Assembly (NCBI RefSeq): GCF_963853765.1
Contig: NC_088855.1
Span: forward strand, 15,500,001 to 15,564,000
Direction of reading: 5' to 3'
Length of the DNA stretch: 64,000 nucleotides
Source: Magallana gigas
Lineage: Eukaryota
The notes under the pieces were generated by a model. It searched no databases and was not told the origin of the DNA. It was given only the letters and a program-made list of their open reading frames with translations. The position numbers and the translations under genes were made by a program. This document shows positions 25,001 through 40,000 of the stretch, one piece after another (positions within the stretch are counted from its first letter, which is position 1; the number at the start of each line of letters is the position of its first letter).

Positions 25001-28000
25001 TTATAAATATCAAACTTTTGGGGATCTGTATATAGAAAAATAATCACATCAATACAGTGTAATAACACTCTCATTTTACCTTCGCCCCCGATGTAAGAAG
25101 ACAAATTAAAGACTGGGTGAATTCAAAATAATTTTCATGCCCCTCCAAAAAGTGGCTGGGGCATAACGACCCATTCCATCATTCCATTCTTTCATCCATC
25201 ATTCTGTCATGATTAACTTTCCTTTCATTATCTTGACAACAGACGTGCACATTCAACTGAAATTAGATTGATGGATATGTCGTAGAATTACGCAGTTCAA
25301 GTTTAATTTTGTTTCAGGTATGATTATTTTCGACAGAGTTATGTTTCTTTAAATAAGAAAAAAATAAGAAATTTTTAGTTTTCGATACTTAAATTTTTGA
25401 AGGAATGTATATGCATTGTAAAAGTTGAGATTGCATGTATAGGTAAAGTTCAAATTTGGTCCAGGTTTGATGATTTTAAACAGAGTTATAGCCTAGGAAT
25501 TTAGAAAAAATAAGAAAATTTCAGTTTCTGCTCTCTAATTTTTGAAGGGATGTAAACAGTATATATTAAGTTAAAATTGTATAAACAAATATTTATCAGA
25601 AAATACAGGTCAAGTTTGAATTTGGTCCAGGTCCTATTTTTGACTGAGTTATGCCCCTTAGAAAAAGAAATTTAAAAAAAATTCAGTTTCCACTCTCTGA
25701 CTTCGAAGGAATGTATATACATGTATAAAGTTGATATTGTTTATACAAACATTTTACAAGAAAATAGAAGTCAATTTCGAATTTGGTCAAGGTCCATACT
25801 ATGCTGTACGTGTATGGCCATATTAACTGCAAAGTGTATAGAAGAGCAAAAAACATGGGGTGAAAATAACCATGTATACATTATATCGGAGAAAGTGCCC
25901 TGTTTACTACATGTTGTACAAATATATATGTAAAATCTGTAAGTTTATTCACATGTTTACATGTACTTTAATATTTGCCTGACAAACGTATAACTCATTG
26001 TGTGGGTGTTCAGAAATTGAATGTCGTAATTGTGTTCGAGTTCATCACCTTTAAAACCACAATGGTTGCATGTAGATTGCACATAGAAAACAGAAATGTA
26101 GGCGGCTCGGTCTGTTTGTTGGTCATAGTAATTCAGTTCATGTCGGTGCTTGGCTTGAATTAATTGGCGTAACTTCAGAATCCTCCAGTGTAATCATTAT
26201 GTAATTATTGTAATGAAGTTAAATGACATAAAACCACAGATAGGACTCTGCTTTATGGGTTTGTCGTGTTCATTAGCATCAGTTCTGATGTTTCTTCAGG
26301 GTTCATTATTTTATTTTTAATCCACAAAGAAATCAATGCATGACTCTCTATGTCTCTCTCTCCATCTTGCTTCAGTAAGCATAACTTGTTTACCGCATGT
26401 CTGGTGTTGGGAGTTGTATCTAGTACATGTTCTCATTAGTTCAGTGAACTTAAACTTGCTTTGCAAAAAAACGTGATTAGTTAGAAATTAATAATATGGA
26501 TGCCAAATTATATATTGATCATAAATAATTTTTTTTTTTTTATAAAATCTTTATTGTATCTTTGATCTTTACTGTAAATGAATTTTTGTATGTAGAGCTT
26601 AAGGATCCTCCACACACCTGGGGAAAGATACTGCATACACGATCATTTTTCTAAATAAATGACCTTTTAAAATTTTATTGCTATTCATGAAAATGAAAGT
26701 CCCAGCAGTATTTGAACTTGGGACCTGCGGGTCGGCAGGTCGAATCTTCACCCATTGCTCCACAGAGATAGACACTAAATTTTTTCAATATAAGCTTTTC
26801 ACAATGCGTTAAAATTGCAATGTTGTGACGTACTGTCATAAAAAGTAAAAGTCACAGGGTGTCGAAGATCCTTATAACGAAGTCATCATGAGTTTGATTT
26901 TGTATGTTATTTTCAGATATACAAGTTAATTCTACATTCAACGTCACTTCAAAATACCAAAGCTACGAGGGAGGGTGATAAAATTAAAACAAACAAAATT
27001 TTCAAACAATTGTTTTTCTTTTCACTTACATTAATACAAATACAGTAAATATTCAAAAAACATGTTGGTTGTCTCTTTAGTAATGGCCTCACCTGGAAAT
27101 CCCATTGAATATCAGATTTATAGTCCATAATGTGCTCTAAACATTTCAAATTTCTACGGATTTCAGTATTTTAATAAAATCAAACTGAAATAAAAAAAAT
27201 GGGTTTGTTTGTTTTTTTAAAACTCCATTTCTCCTTAACCTGCAGGCACGGGTTACGTTAAACTTAAAATTAACTTTGAAAAGCCTTATGTAGCATAATT
27301 TTAAATGGTAAATGTGGTAAATATTAAATGAATCATTTAACAAAATCATGCAGACACAATTTTTATTGAGTATAGAGTATTGAAAAGAAAAAGTTGTTTT
27401 TACTTCTTACATGTACCACAGTAGCAAAATTTTGAGAGGTACCGGTATATTTCTAGTGGTACGTGGCTATTTTTTAAAAATCAATTTCCAAAGATTGCCA
27501 CTACACAAACATTAATTCCACTCGTACATGTATGGTGTTTTTCACTAAGGATCACTGAAATGCTAAGTTTATTTTACTTTGCCTAAGTTACGCAGATGTA
27601 CCGGTACATGAATTCTTCTATTTTCAGATATCAGCATGTGGACTTTCTCTACCTCAATGCTGGCGCCTTTTTGGTCAGACGCGGCATCAACTGGTCACAC
27701 ATGATGAAGGAAATCTTTGACAGTGATAGTCCAGGACAGTATGTATCAAAGAATATGTATGAAAGAAAATGATAAGTGACACGCAGAGTCAGCACTTAAA
27801 GACTCTGAGAGGAAGGCAACACTCCCACTAAGAATACACCACTCTATTAACACTTCTTCTTTGCAACCATTTCTTGTGTACTGTAGATTGGCAAATAATT
27901 TCAATGGTTTTTATTTCACTATGTAAGCGATTCATCGATTTCCGCAAAATTAAACCCATCATAAATATTAACAAAAGTTTTAAAAATGTTAATTGTACAT

Positions 28001-31000
28001 ATACTTTGATCAACTGGTTTTCTTGGAGCGTGAAATTATAACCATCGCAATTGGTACTTTTTTAGAAATCGTGACATTTTAACATCGTGGATTTAAAATG
28101 ACTTACAGTTTATTTGAATTTTGATAACTTAAACACTGTATTAATTTGTTATACTGTGGATATGTGGAAAAGAGATGAGGGCACTGGTTTAGTTATTTTG
28201 TTTTTTAACCCTTACTAACAATTCAAGACACCAGGTATCTGAGTTTTCACTCTGTTCATTAGAGTAACTAAATCACTGAAATAATGAGGTTTAAATGTTA
28301 ATTGGCTCATAAAGTAATGGCTACATGCACTTTTTTTGCATTTTGTGCTTGTGTTCAATGCTGGTTCTTGCTTACAGGAAGATTTTACACATGTTCAGCA
28401 CTGGTGAAGGTTTGCTACTGCAGAGGGATAGCTTAACCAATGAAGGACTCCAACAGGTGTTTGCCACCAATTTATTCGGCCATTATGTTTTAGTAAGCGT
28501 CACATTGTCTGCTTTGGTTTCATCAATTATGGACATTGATTTTTTGAATCAAGTTAAATGTACAGTTTCGAAGATATGTATACGGTATTTGAAACAAAAG
28601 TCTTATCAATAAAATAATTTTGTGTATCGACTGCGTAGATATCGATGAAAATTGATGTACAATGAACATTGCAAATTCCTATTTTTTTAAGGGGCATGGT
28701 CACAATTTTGGTCAAAAATTATTTTTTCAATTTTAATATTCACAATGCTTCAGTAAGACATTTTAAATAGGCAACCAAAATTTGAGTGTCATTCGTTGAG
28801 TTATAATCGAGTTACAGAGCTTACAATTCTTTGCTATGTAAGCAAAACTTTTGTTTACATTTTGAATATTGAAGTGAAATTTCCAGTTTTAGACCTAAAA
28901 TAAATGTGTTAAACATTAGGAACTGTCTATTTATGCTTAAAATGAATAAGAAGATAGACAAATCAGCCTGAAAAAGATTTTTTACTGGTAAATTGAACCT
29001 AAGTAAAGAAAAACAGGACACGAGCCTTGTTTACATCAAAAAGAATTGTGAGTTCTGTATCTTGCTTATAACTCAATGACTGACTCTCATATTTCATTTG
29101 ATCATTAGAAATGCATTCCTGAAGCATTGTAAATAATAAAACAGAAAAATAAAATTTGACCAAAATTGTGACCATGCCCCTTTAAAGTGGGCCCCTTTGA
29201 GATGGTCACCATCTAATGATGTCTAGTTTGAAAAAATACACATTTTTAATATAATATAATTGGGAATGCCAGGCATTTCTTTTATGAAAGCAATTCAAAA
29301 CCTGTAGGATTTTGTTTTTATGTACATGTACCAGTTATGAGTACTTGCGGTACCGTAATTTTCTTTCAGGTGAGAGAGCTAGAGCCTCTTCTTGGGAAGG
29401 ATTCCCCATCCCAAGTTATATGGACATCATCGAGGGCCAGCATAAAATCTTCCTTTAATGTAAATGATATTCAGCACAAGAATGGGTAAGTTTATGGTTA
29501 ACACAGGTATATACCAATGTGCTGTGGGTAAGAACAAAATTGTAATTATTTTTAGAGTTCTTTACCAAGCAGAAGTTATACCCATGCAAACAGAAAAACC
29601 GAAAAATCTTATCACATACAAATTCATTCACATCAACAGTATTAAGGAAGTAAAACAGAATCTCCAAATTTTAGCTAATTTCAGTAGACTTACTTTCTTA
29701 CTCAGGAAAATTGATTGATTTTTGTTTATAATTAACTGAAATTCATTTATGACATTTAATTTTCTTTCTGTCTGAAAAAAAAAAAACTTGATCAAAGCAG
29801 AGTCTTCAGGAAATTCTGTTTTTACTCTGTATGTGGTTTCAGCCCCCAAGCTTATCAATTGTTTAGTTTTGATTAATGTATTTGTATAACCACAACATTT
29901 TTAGCTCTCCTGAGCCAAAGACTAAAGCGAGCTTTTCTGATCAAAATCTGTCTGTTGTTGCTGCTGTCTTCGTTGTAGTCATCATCATAACATCATTTTT
30001 TCATCTTCTTCTCTGGAACCACTTGGCCAAAATCAACCAAACTTGGCACAAAGCACCCTTGGAGAAGGGCTCTCAAGTTTGTTTAAATGAAGAGCCAGAT
30101 TCTTTTCAAAGGGGAGATAATTTAAAAAAGAGTGAAGATTTTAAAATCTTCTCCAGAACCAAATAGCCTATAATAATCAAACTTTACATTTGCTTCATGA
30201 TATATAGTAGATTCAAATTTGCTCAAATCATGACCCCAACTTTTTTTCCTATTGAATCTTTTATAAAGTTTAAATTCAGAATTTGATCTCTTCTTCTTTT
30301 CAATTTTGTATGAATAAAATGTACGTCAAACTCCTGTTTCGTCACTGAAGAGTAGATGAATTACTGCTCACATTATTGCCTGGCTTAATGCTCAGAGTTT
30401 TTAGCTATTCATCTGAACATTCAAACCCAAGCAAAACTGTAAACAAAATGATCATATTAGCAGCTACAAGGAAAATAGACATATCAGTGTGAAAAGGAAA
30501 AAAAAAGGAAAATCTTTTTATTTTTTTTGTGAAATACCTTGTATTAATTTGTTAAAGTACAACATGCATCTTTTCTACCAGGTATGTGTAATGTCAGGTA
30601 TAATTATCAATTTGAAAAGAAGTGAAAAATTGGATAGTTTTATTACTGTAGATTCCTTAATCGAGAGAACATAAAATCGTGAATGCCGAAATTTTATCAT
30701 AGTTTCATGTAGTCTACATATGGCCGAAAATAAAAAGCGAGATTTTAAAATTCGCCAGGCGGGCTTCTCACAATTTTACGCAGATATTAATTTCTCGCTT
30801 TTAATTAGGAATTTACAGTATCCACTGTTAGTTTTTATAATACAAACTTAAATTCCTATTTAGTAAAGCTCATTCCTATTTTTGAGGTGTAATTTCCTAA
30901 TTAATTCATTCTTAGGAAATAAAAGTTATACATAGAAACCGGCCCCTCCACTTTTTTGGGAAAGACTTTTAATTTAATTAATTTCAATGATCTTGAAAGT

Positions 31001-34000
31001 GTGTATTGTAAACATCTAACTGTTGATTATTAAAGTTTTGATTATTCTGAAATTTTTTTCCTCTGAAAAATACTGAAACTCATAAGTAGTTTATAGAATT
31101 ATAATAGCTGAGATCTCAATACCAATTTAGCAGCAATGTTTAGGTGTCCCAGAGCTAAAATAAAGCTAGAAAACGGTATTGTCTGAATCAAGGAAAAATA
31201 TGTTGACTGAGAATATTTCTTAAAATACTGATTACATACCGGTAATTGACAACAATATTCAACATGATATTTGATGCAATTTTAGCTAACCGAGACGAAG
31301 TTGGAGGGAGCTTATGCTATACCCCTGGTGTCAGCATCCAGACCTGGTTAAAGTTTTTGGTGCAGGTCCTGTATCTAACTTATCACTTGTCTAATCTTTA
31401 CCAAACTTGCATGGATGATGCATCTGGGCCTACTTATGGACTTAAAAGACTTGGATACTGAGTCTGGGCCATGAATTTCAGATGCTGGAGGAGGTTAAGG
31501 TTTTTGGAGCAGGTTAAAGTTTTTGGAGTAGGTGCCCTTGGATAGCCATTTCTAAGTTACCGATACTAACAATTCTAACTTCACCAAACTTGCATGGATG
31601 GTGTGTGTCTTATGATACTGATGCACTTGATAGGCTTGAATGCTGAATCTGAGCCATAGGTTTTGGATGCTGGATGAGGATAAGGTTTTTGGAATAGGTG
31701 CCCTTTGATGACTATACCTTTCTTACTATTGGTCCTTACTTCATCAAACTTGCATTGATGGTGTGTTACATGGTTTGTAGTTGACTAAATATGGTTTATT
31801 AGTAGTCAGTATATTCCATATGGAAGCTCAAGCTTTGCTTGCCCCATATGGAATTTACTGACTGTATAAACCATGTTTGGTCAACTTCAAACCATGTTAC
31901 TATTTATGTTGTAATGTATCATTTGATATGATATTTTTTCATATCAAACTATATTGTATCATATATTATGTTATGATATTGTGTTATGTGATATTATACA
32001 TTTATATTTAACAAGATACAAAATCATATCATATTGTACATTGTTATACTTTCATGTTAAATACTGAAATCTGATTGGTTAAGACGCAGTTAATAATATT
32101 TACTATTACCCTCAGCGTTAGCAACGCACTTGGCAACGGGTAACATTAAAAAATGTTACATGCGCGAAAATTATGCGCGTACGGTTCGCTGTAGAATTCA
32201 CGTTATTCCTATATAAAAGCAGTAAAATTTTCTTAAAAATTTTAAAAAAGACATTCAGTATAACAAAATAAATAGTGCCTGTTTGGGAGGATAACAGTTG
32301 AAATTGACACCCCTCGAAAACCATTGTCAACCTCCGCTTCGCGTCGGTTGACAATGGTTTTCTCGGGGTGTCAATTTCAACTGTTACCCTCCCAAACAGG
32401 CACTATTTATATATTGTAATATACAATAATGAATGAAATTTACATATGATTATCATAAAATTATGTATCATATGATATACGATATTGTGTCAGACCACAC
32501 TATAGTTCCCAATATATCCAAGATCATTAACAGTGAATTTCAAATGATAAAAGTGATGCCTCATAAAGGTGATGACTCATCTCAGTGAGCTTTGAAATTT
32601 GTGATTACCAATGTTTGTGATGTCATATATACTTCGTAGTCATGTGACGTGCGTATCCTAACATTTAACATTGCAAATGATCTGGTTAAATGATACTGGC
32701 ACAGGTGATGAATGACATAAAATCATAAACATTTTGAAGAAAAATCCTCTGTTATGTCATATACTTTGAAGTTCTTCCTTATGCTTTAAATAGATATTTT
32801 GTTTATTAAAGATATTAGATAAAACTTTTTGTCAGATCCTCAAAATAATGCACATTTTTACGAATAAAAAGCAATGTACCTAAAGTTGGGGTACATCTGC
32901 AAGTTTCCCAAGCTTGATTCACACAGATACTTATATTTTCTACCAATTTTACGTAAAATATTTTTAATTAAAAAATGTATCAATCTTTCACCTGAGCCAA
33001 GCTATTTATTACGTGCATGAAAATCTCTTCATTCAGTTTTTTACACGTAGCAGGGAGAGTCTCCAAACCATTCGTTTAAAATAGTCGTTTACTTTAAACA
33101 AAGCTTTATAAATGCCAATTATTTGATAAAATGAATATTAATATGAATGAATTATGTACATCTAGTATTAATGAAAGCATCTATGTAAAGGATACAAGGG
33201 GTTTTATTACTGTTTCAATATGATTCCCCTTTTCATGTTGCAATACATTCCCCGAGAACTATGGAATGGAATGCAGGTCATGATGTCAAAGTTGATTATG
33301 ATTTCATATCACATGACGTTCAGAGAAGTGACTTTCTTTGCATTACTGTGAAATTATTTGGGAAGATTAACGTGCTCGCATAGGTCAATTTTAGATTGAC
33401 CTTTTTCAACCAATCAAATCTTACCTCAACTCTAAAAACAGGTTGATTTTCTGCGTGATCTAACCAACTCTTATCTGAAGAATTTTGATGAACACAACTT
33501 GATGATTGTAGAATTCTTGTTTTCTAGGCAAGATCCATATGGTTCTTCAAAGTTTGGGATCGATGTTATGAGTGTGGCTTTAAATGAAAGATTGAACAAA
33601 CAGGTATAGTATGCCAATGAATCATGTCAGACAAAGAAATTTCCCCTCTCTCTCTCTCTCTCTCTCTTCTCTCTCCCCCCCCCCCCCCCCCAAAATAACC
33701 CACAGTCACATAGTTCTTCACAAGTTCTTAGGATGTTGTTCATTTAGGGTTAAAGTTGTCAGATTCGGATTTTTATAAAGTAAAATCATGAGTAAAAATT
33801 GTTCTAAACACAAAAAGTACTTAAAAAATGAATTATTATTGACATAGCTAGAATTCGTTGTTTTAACTATATTATGGATTTAAGATCAAATGAAAACATG
33901 AACTTAAAGCAAAACAGAGAATTTTTGGTCATTTGGTTCTGTGTGAGTGGAAATAAGGTATTATTTTTATCTATTACATATTAAATTTTTGATTCGTAAA

Positions 34001-37000
34001 CATCCTTTTATTCCATACGATTCTATAAGTACATTTGTAAAATGGCTGGCACGACACGTTTAGAGGACCAAACTCTAAGGGCGGATAGCATAAAATCTAT
34101 GTGGTCAAATTTGTTTTAATTTGGCAAAAAGATAAGTCTTATATGTTATCCTTCCATTGCTGAAAATTAAAAGAAAATCATATGTTGTAATTTTTTACAT
34201 ATGAAATTGAAAATGAAAACACCCTTTTTCCTATTTAATCCTATATAAAATGTCGGGGATGATTCAGACATATGACCAAAATTTGAGCGCAGCTAACAAA
34301 TAAACTATATGTCAATTTACCTTTTATTTTGCACATGGTTTACTCAGAAGCTGACCTTTCACTATAAAAAAAATTAAATGAAATCTTATGTTTGAAACAT
34401 TCTCCCCCAAGACTCCTTAAACAAGAGTACGTGAAGATTTTAAAATTCATGCAATGAAATACTGGTTTTAATTAGAGATACTCCTTATAAATTTATTTTC
34501 AAAGTATGGCATTGAATTAAAGAATTTACTTTATGTACTTTTTTACGAATTAAAGAATTTACTTTATGTACTTTTGTAAAAAAAATATGTGGAATTCTAA
34601 TTAATCATACTCACAAAAAAATGTCCATGCTAAGACAGACCCAGGGAACAATGTTCTGGGCTTGTTTTTTGAATGAGATTCTTTATTTTTTCAATTCAAA
34701 AATAGATTTCAGAAAATTTAATCAATTTTGTGTCTTGGAAGATTACAGGTATTAAATGTTGATTATCATGCAAACACACCATGAATAGACCAAAGGAGCA
34801 CAAAATTAAAACCATCGTTTGTTATGTTCGGAGAAAATCTAAGAATAGTTTTCTGGAAGATTATGATTATAGTAATCTCAATGACGCAGTAGCTTAGTTA
34901 GTTTTAATAGGGCATGTTTAATACAGGTTAATCGTTTTTGTGACATCGCTGATATGGAGGAATTTTTTTATCCCTGAAGTGATTTTGCAAACTAGTTATT
35001 TTTTTCATCAGCATACAATTTTATGTGAATCATACAGCTAGGTTAAAATTTAATTTTGTTTGAATTTAATTTTATTGATAAATATTAGCAATAAAGGACA
35101 AGATAAAGTATCACATAAGACAGTAGAAACATTCAGATCATTACATGCTTTTAACATTGACACAAATTTCTTATGACCAAAAAAAAAAAAGGAGAAAATT
35201 TATCACATGTACATATATAAATGAAGTTGTAAAACGAAAGGCTGTCTAATACTGCAGGGTTCATAAATTTCAAGTCTATAAACATGATCAATTTCAAACT
35301 ATTTCATAAAAATAATTTTTATTTAAAATTGTGTATTTAACAAAAATTTGATAATGATGTGGTATCATTTTAATTGAAATTAGAGGATATTTTCTTGACT
35401 AGACAGAATTCGCTAAGTAGTAGGTACCGGTAATGCTTTGTTTGAAAACATACTGGAATCACACTGCCTGTTACTAGATTCATTCAAGCCCCCCCAAATT
35501 ATTATATCGTACTGTGAAAAATTCATATGGATGTTCAACAATGTTCGACAATGTTACCTAAAACATATGTTTAACATTTGTTGCAATTTATAAAGTGTAT
35601 ACTCAATATGGAGTTGAGATTGAAACAATCTTAAGAATGAAGAATTGGTGATCAGGTTTACCTCTAAACCAAAGACATTGATAATTTTCTTAGGGTATAA
35701 GGCACACTACCGTTCAACTTTCATATCTTGAACAATGAAATCTTGAATACAATGGATATGTCGAAGTGATTTGTAAGTCCCAACCACTTATTTTTTTCTA
35801 GTATTTTACCTTGGATATCTCGAATACTCGGATATCTAGAAGATTATAAACAGTCCGATCAAGTTTGAGTTAAGGAAGTTTGAATATATTAGACTACTAT
35901 GCTTTTTTATCTTTGAGTCCAAATTCTTTGAAATAAACAATCATAGGTACCATATTTAAGAAGTTGCCTGACCTTGCTTAAAAGTGGATTTTATGAAGAG
36001 AGAATAATACAAGCTGATATAGGAGTAAAATAATACTGCCTTCATCAACATCCAGGTTAAAAAAAACCCACAATAAATTCCAAATTACATCTTTCAAATA
36101 CTGCCATGATTTGGACTCCAAATTAAAACATAAGTTAATAGTTGCAACATATTCAAATTCTTTTTATCTTTTTGTATTGAAAAGTTGAACAAATTTCAAA
36201 CTACTTCAAAATACATGTACATTACATTAAATGGAAATATGAAAAATCTTACCACAGTGAAATTCTCTCTCGATCGTCTCTGAATATCTTAGCCGCAAAA
36301 TTGAATTGAACAATTTTTTCTCATGAAATTCATGATATACCTTGAACATTTTTTTTTTTTTTTACCATTTTCCTTCCAATTTTTTTTATTATTATTATTA
36401 TTTGAAACTGGTATAAATTAGCACAGGAAAATCTGCCGAGGATAGTTAACAAAGACGTAATGACAAGCCTCCCCACTCATTACACCTGCATGGTTGAAAT
36501 TAATCACGCAGCCGGGAGCCCAATTTGTTGGTCGGATTCCATGATTGTTGAAAAACTCTGATTTATTTTGTCTTGTTAGGAACAAAATCATGCAGCCTCC
36601 AATCAGCAAAGATGTCTGGCTGTCCTTGTGTTTTTGTTATTTTTTGTTTAGTTTGGAATTACATTTTTTTTTTTTAATTAAAATGTTGTCAACTGTATTT
36701 TTTGTGTGTATGTGGTTAGACAATCAAAATTCGCAGCAATGTTCTTTTTATGGTTCTGTTAAACCTATTAATAAAGTTTTTTTTACTTATACATATACAA
36801 ATGATTTGACTTCTCATTAGCCAAAAAAATATGGCTTTTAACAAGTGTCTGTTTGAATTAATAGTTGTCAATCATGAATAATATTACATGTAATGATGTT
36901 CATTAATTTCCGTGAAGTTCAGGTACTGCAGTAATTACACTGTCATATGTTAGATAATTTTTTTCAGTGCAATAATATTTTTACTAATGAATCGTCATTA

Positions 37001-40000
37001 TATGTTAATCAATTTTAACGTGATGGGGTTTTCATTTTAATCAGGACCAGTATAATTAAAATGAAGGGGAGATGCTTGAATCTTAATTGCATGAATATTG
37101 ATTTGATAGAGAGCATTACTCCTGCAAATATGTCCATACAAGTTTAAAATCTTCAACAATAAAATTATAAAGTAAGGGAGCTAGGAAAGATTTCAACAGT
37201 CAAACATATAAGCATCAATTTCATTGAATGAAGTTCAACATAGTTAGATTTGTTTGAGAAAAAAAGATTAATTTCATAAAATTTATATAGTAGTAATTAT
37301 ATACTAGTACAAGAACCCATGAATTCATGTTTACATAGGACCATTGTTTTACATGGAGTGAAAGTGTTAAATGATCGTGGTATCATTGTATGTTTACAGC
37401 ATCTAATGAACTGTAAACGTATTATATTTGGCGTGTACGATATTTGGCGGAAATTAGTTTTTGAACAAGTTGGCATGAATTTGAATTAGCGTGTTCCTCA
37501 ATGTGACTATACACATGGCATTTAGCGATGAACTTGATTTAGCGCAAGCCGCATTCCGCCAAAAGCGCTAAATAGATACACAACCAAATGTAATATGTTA
37601 ACAGTAATCTATTGTTACTTTACAGAACATCTACTCCCACACATGTTGTCCAGGCCTAGTGCTCACAAACTTGACCAGTGCTATTTTCCCCATGTGGATC
37701 TGGTATATGCTGCTGCCTTTCTTTCTACTTGTAAGTTATAAGCATACGCCAAATCGAGAATTAATCCGACTCCTTTTAATTGCTTTTTATACATGTTTTA
37801 AATCATTTAAATGTAGGTGCATGTATCTTGATCTTGTCAGCAGCCATCTTGTGAAGCTGCATATTCTTCAGAGTTAAAGCAGAAACTTAATATGAAAATA
37901 ATGAAATTGATAAAATTCTTCATTATTATGAGAGTGGGATGGTGAAATTTCACGTGGGGACAACTAATTATTATAGTCTCAGATGTGACTGTGCAAGGTC
38001 GTAGATTGACAATCTTGGCCTTGATTGTTCAAAATATGTAAAACATCAATAGGAAGTAGTTGAAAAAAAATTCATCTCAAGTTTTTTCATTGTTCCTGTA
38101 TCTGTTGTAATTTTGATGTGTTATTTTTGACAATATTGACAATATTCATTTTCTTGTCAAAATTTTTATTTTTCAATTCTCTTATTATATACATCACAAA
38201 AATGAGGGTCAATAAACAAAAAAAAACAACAAAAAAAAAAACCCGAAGAAAATGTGGCTGTCTATCATATATTTTTCATATAAGTTATAACTAACAAATT
38301 CATTTATGCACCAACTTTTATTTTATTGATATGTGAAGTTTCATACCATTTGATGAAAAGGTATTTTTTGTTACTTGATTTTAAAAACAACATGATTTGT
38401 CACCAATGAGCACGGTAATGTTCAAAACATGACGTCAAGATGACAGACGCAAAACATGTCAAGATGATGGACGCACAGTTCATAGTTATACCTTATCTTT
38501 ATATCACGCTTATAGTCTCTTGTGCCTTTCACCATACAATTTTAAAATATTAAAAAAAAAAATGTTTTTTGGTTGTTGGGTGTTGAAAATGATCTGTTTG
38601 AGTGAAAGCATAAATCTTTGAAGGATAGATTGAACAGTAATACTGTGAATGGGGTGACTGTATTGGTTTGCTTGGAGTTTTCATGTGATTATTAATTTTT
38701 CAGATGAGAATTCTTATTTCCAATTTCAACATGACACCTTACAATGGCTCAGAATCACTAGTAAGTTTATCACAGATTTTGATATAGTAACAGTTGTTTT
38801 TTTTTAAGTTCCTTATGAAACCATTAGCATGGTTAGTTACAACTTAATTGGCAGATTTTTTTTTCATGTATTTTACAGTGTAAATGTTCACATTGAGAGC
38901 ACCGGTTTACATTAAAATCATAAAAAATATTGGAAATTTTTTATGCAGGTTTGGTTATCCCAACAAAATCCAAAAAAACTAGATCCAATGGCCAGATATG
39001 AAAGCAACACTTCCTTTCTTTGGAAAAGATATGTATCATCCAGAAAGGTTTGTATACACACTGAAGAAAGATTGTCTGTTTCCTTAAGGGTCTCCCACAC
39101 CCTGGGACTTCTACTTTTTATAACAGTATGTCATCGATAAATTAAATTTAATTAGGGTCTTTCGTCTCCAGCGGAAGACCCTACTATTATTCTATTGTTT
39201 CTTTTTCACTTTTCTTATTATTCTTTTTATTCTTTTTTTGTCTTACAAATTTTGTGCAGGCGATTTCTCGAAGATGGCTCATTCGATTTTCTTCAAATTT
39301 TAAGGGTTGATGTGTCGGCATCTGAAGTTTGTACCGCCGTTTCAATTTTTTGATAATCACTTCCGGTCGGATGTTATCGTCCGTTTACGATTTTTAAAAG
39401 TCAATTTTGTTGGCTAGAGATCTAAAAAACGAAAAAAGATATAGGGCTGAAATTTTCAGTGAAGATAGACATCAGTTTTACCTGTTGCAACATGGTCATA
39501 AAAACGTCCGCCGTCACTTCCGGTCGTCACCGGAAGGAAAGATAAAAAATCTATTTTTTCGACTTTTTGCTTTTAGTATATTTTTCTAACGGGTTGATAG
39601 AGACTCTTTTACTGATTCAGAATATGTAATTTGTTTTGAAATCGATTGATGTGTTCCCGAGTTATTAAGCATCAAAGTCCTGAAGCGAGAGTCTGAGTAA
39701 CTCGGTCGTTAGAGTCGTGGACATGTGCCCAAGCGACCCGGGTTCAAGCTTTGGGTGCCGAAATATTTTTTCCTAATTTTTTTGCATTGATTTACAATTT
39801 AGTCTTAAAAGTGAAGGATTTTATCTCATTTATTAAAAAATCGGACGGAAGACCCACTCGTTGCTCACAACGAGAACGATCTAGTTGCTTTGGGAAATTG
39901 TTTCCACCAATAGATTTGTCAGACTTTGTAGTGCAGTGTAAACATCAGTAGGCTACTGTCCTTCAGATCCTCTGTTTGAATCCTGGAGGGATTTATGTTA

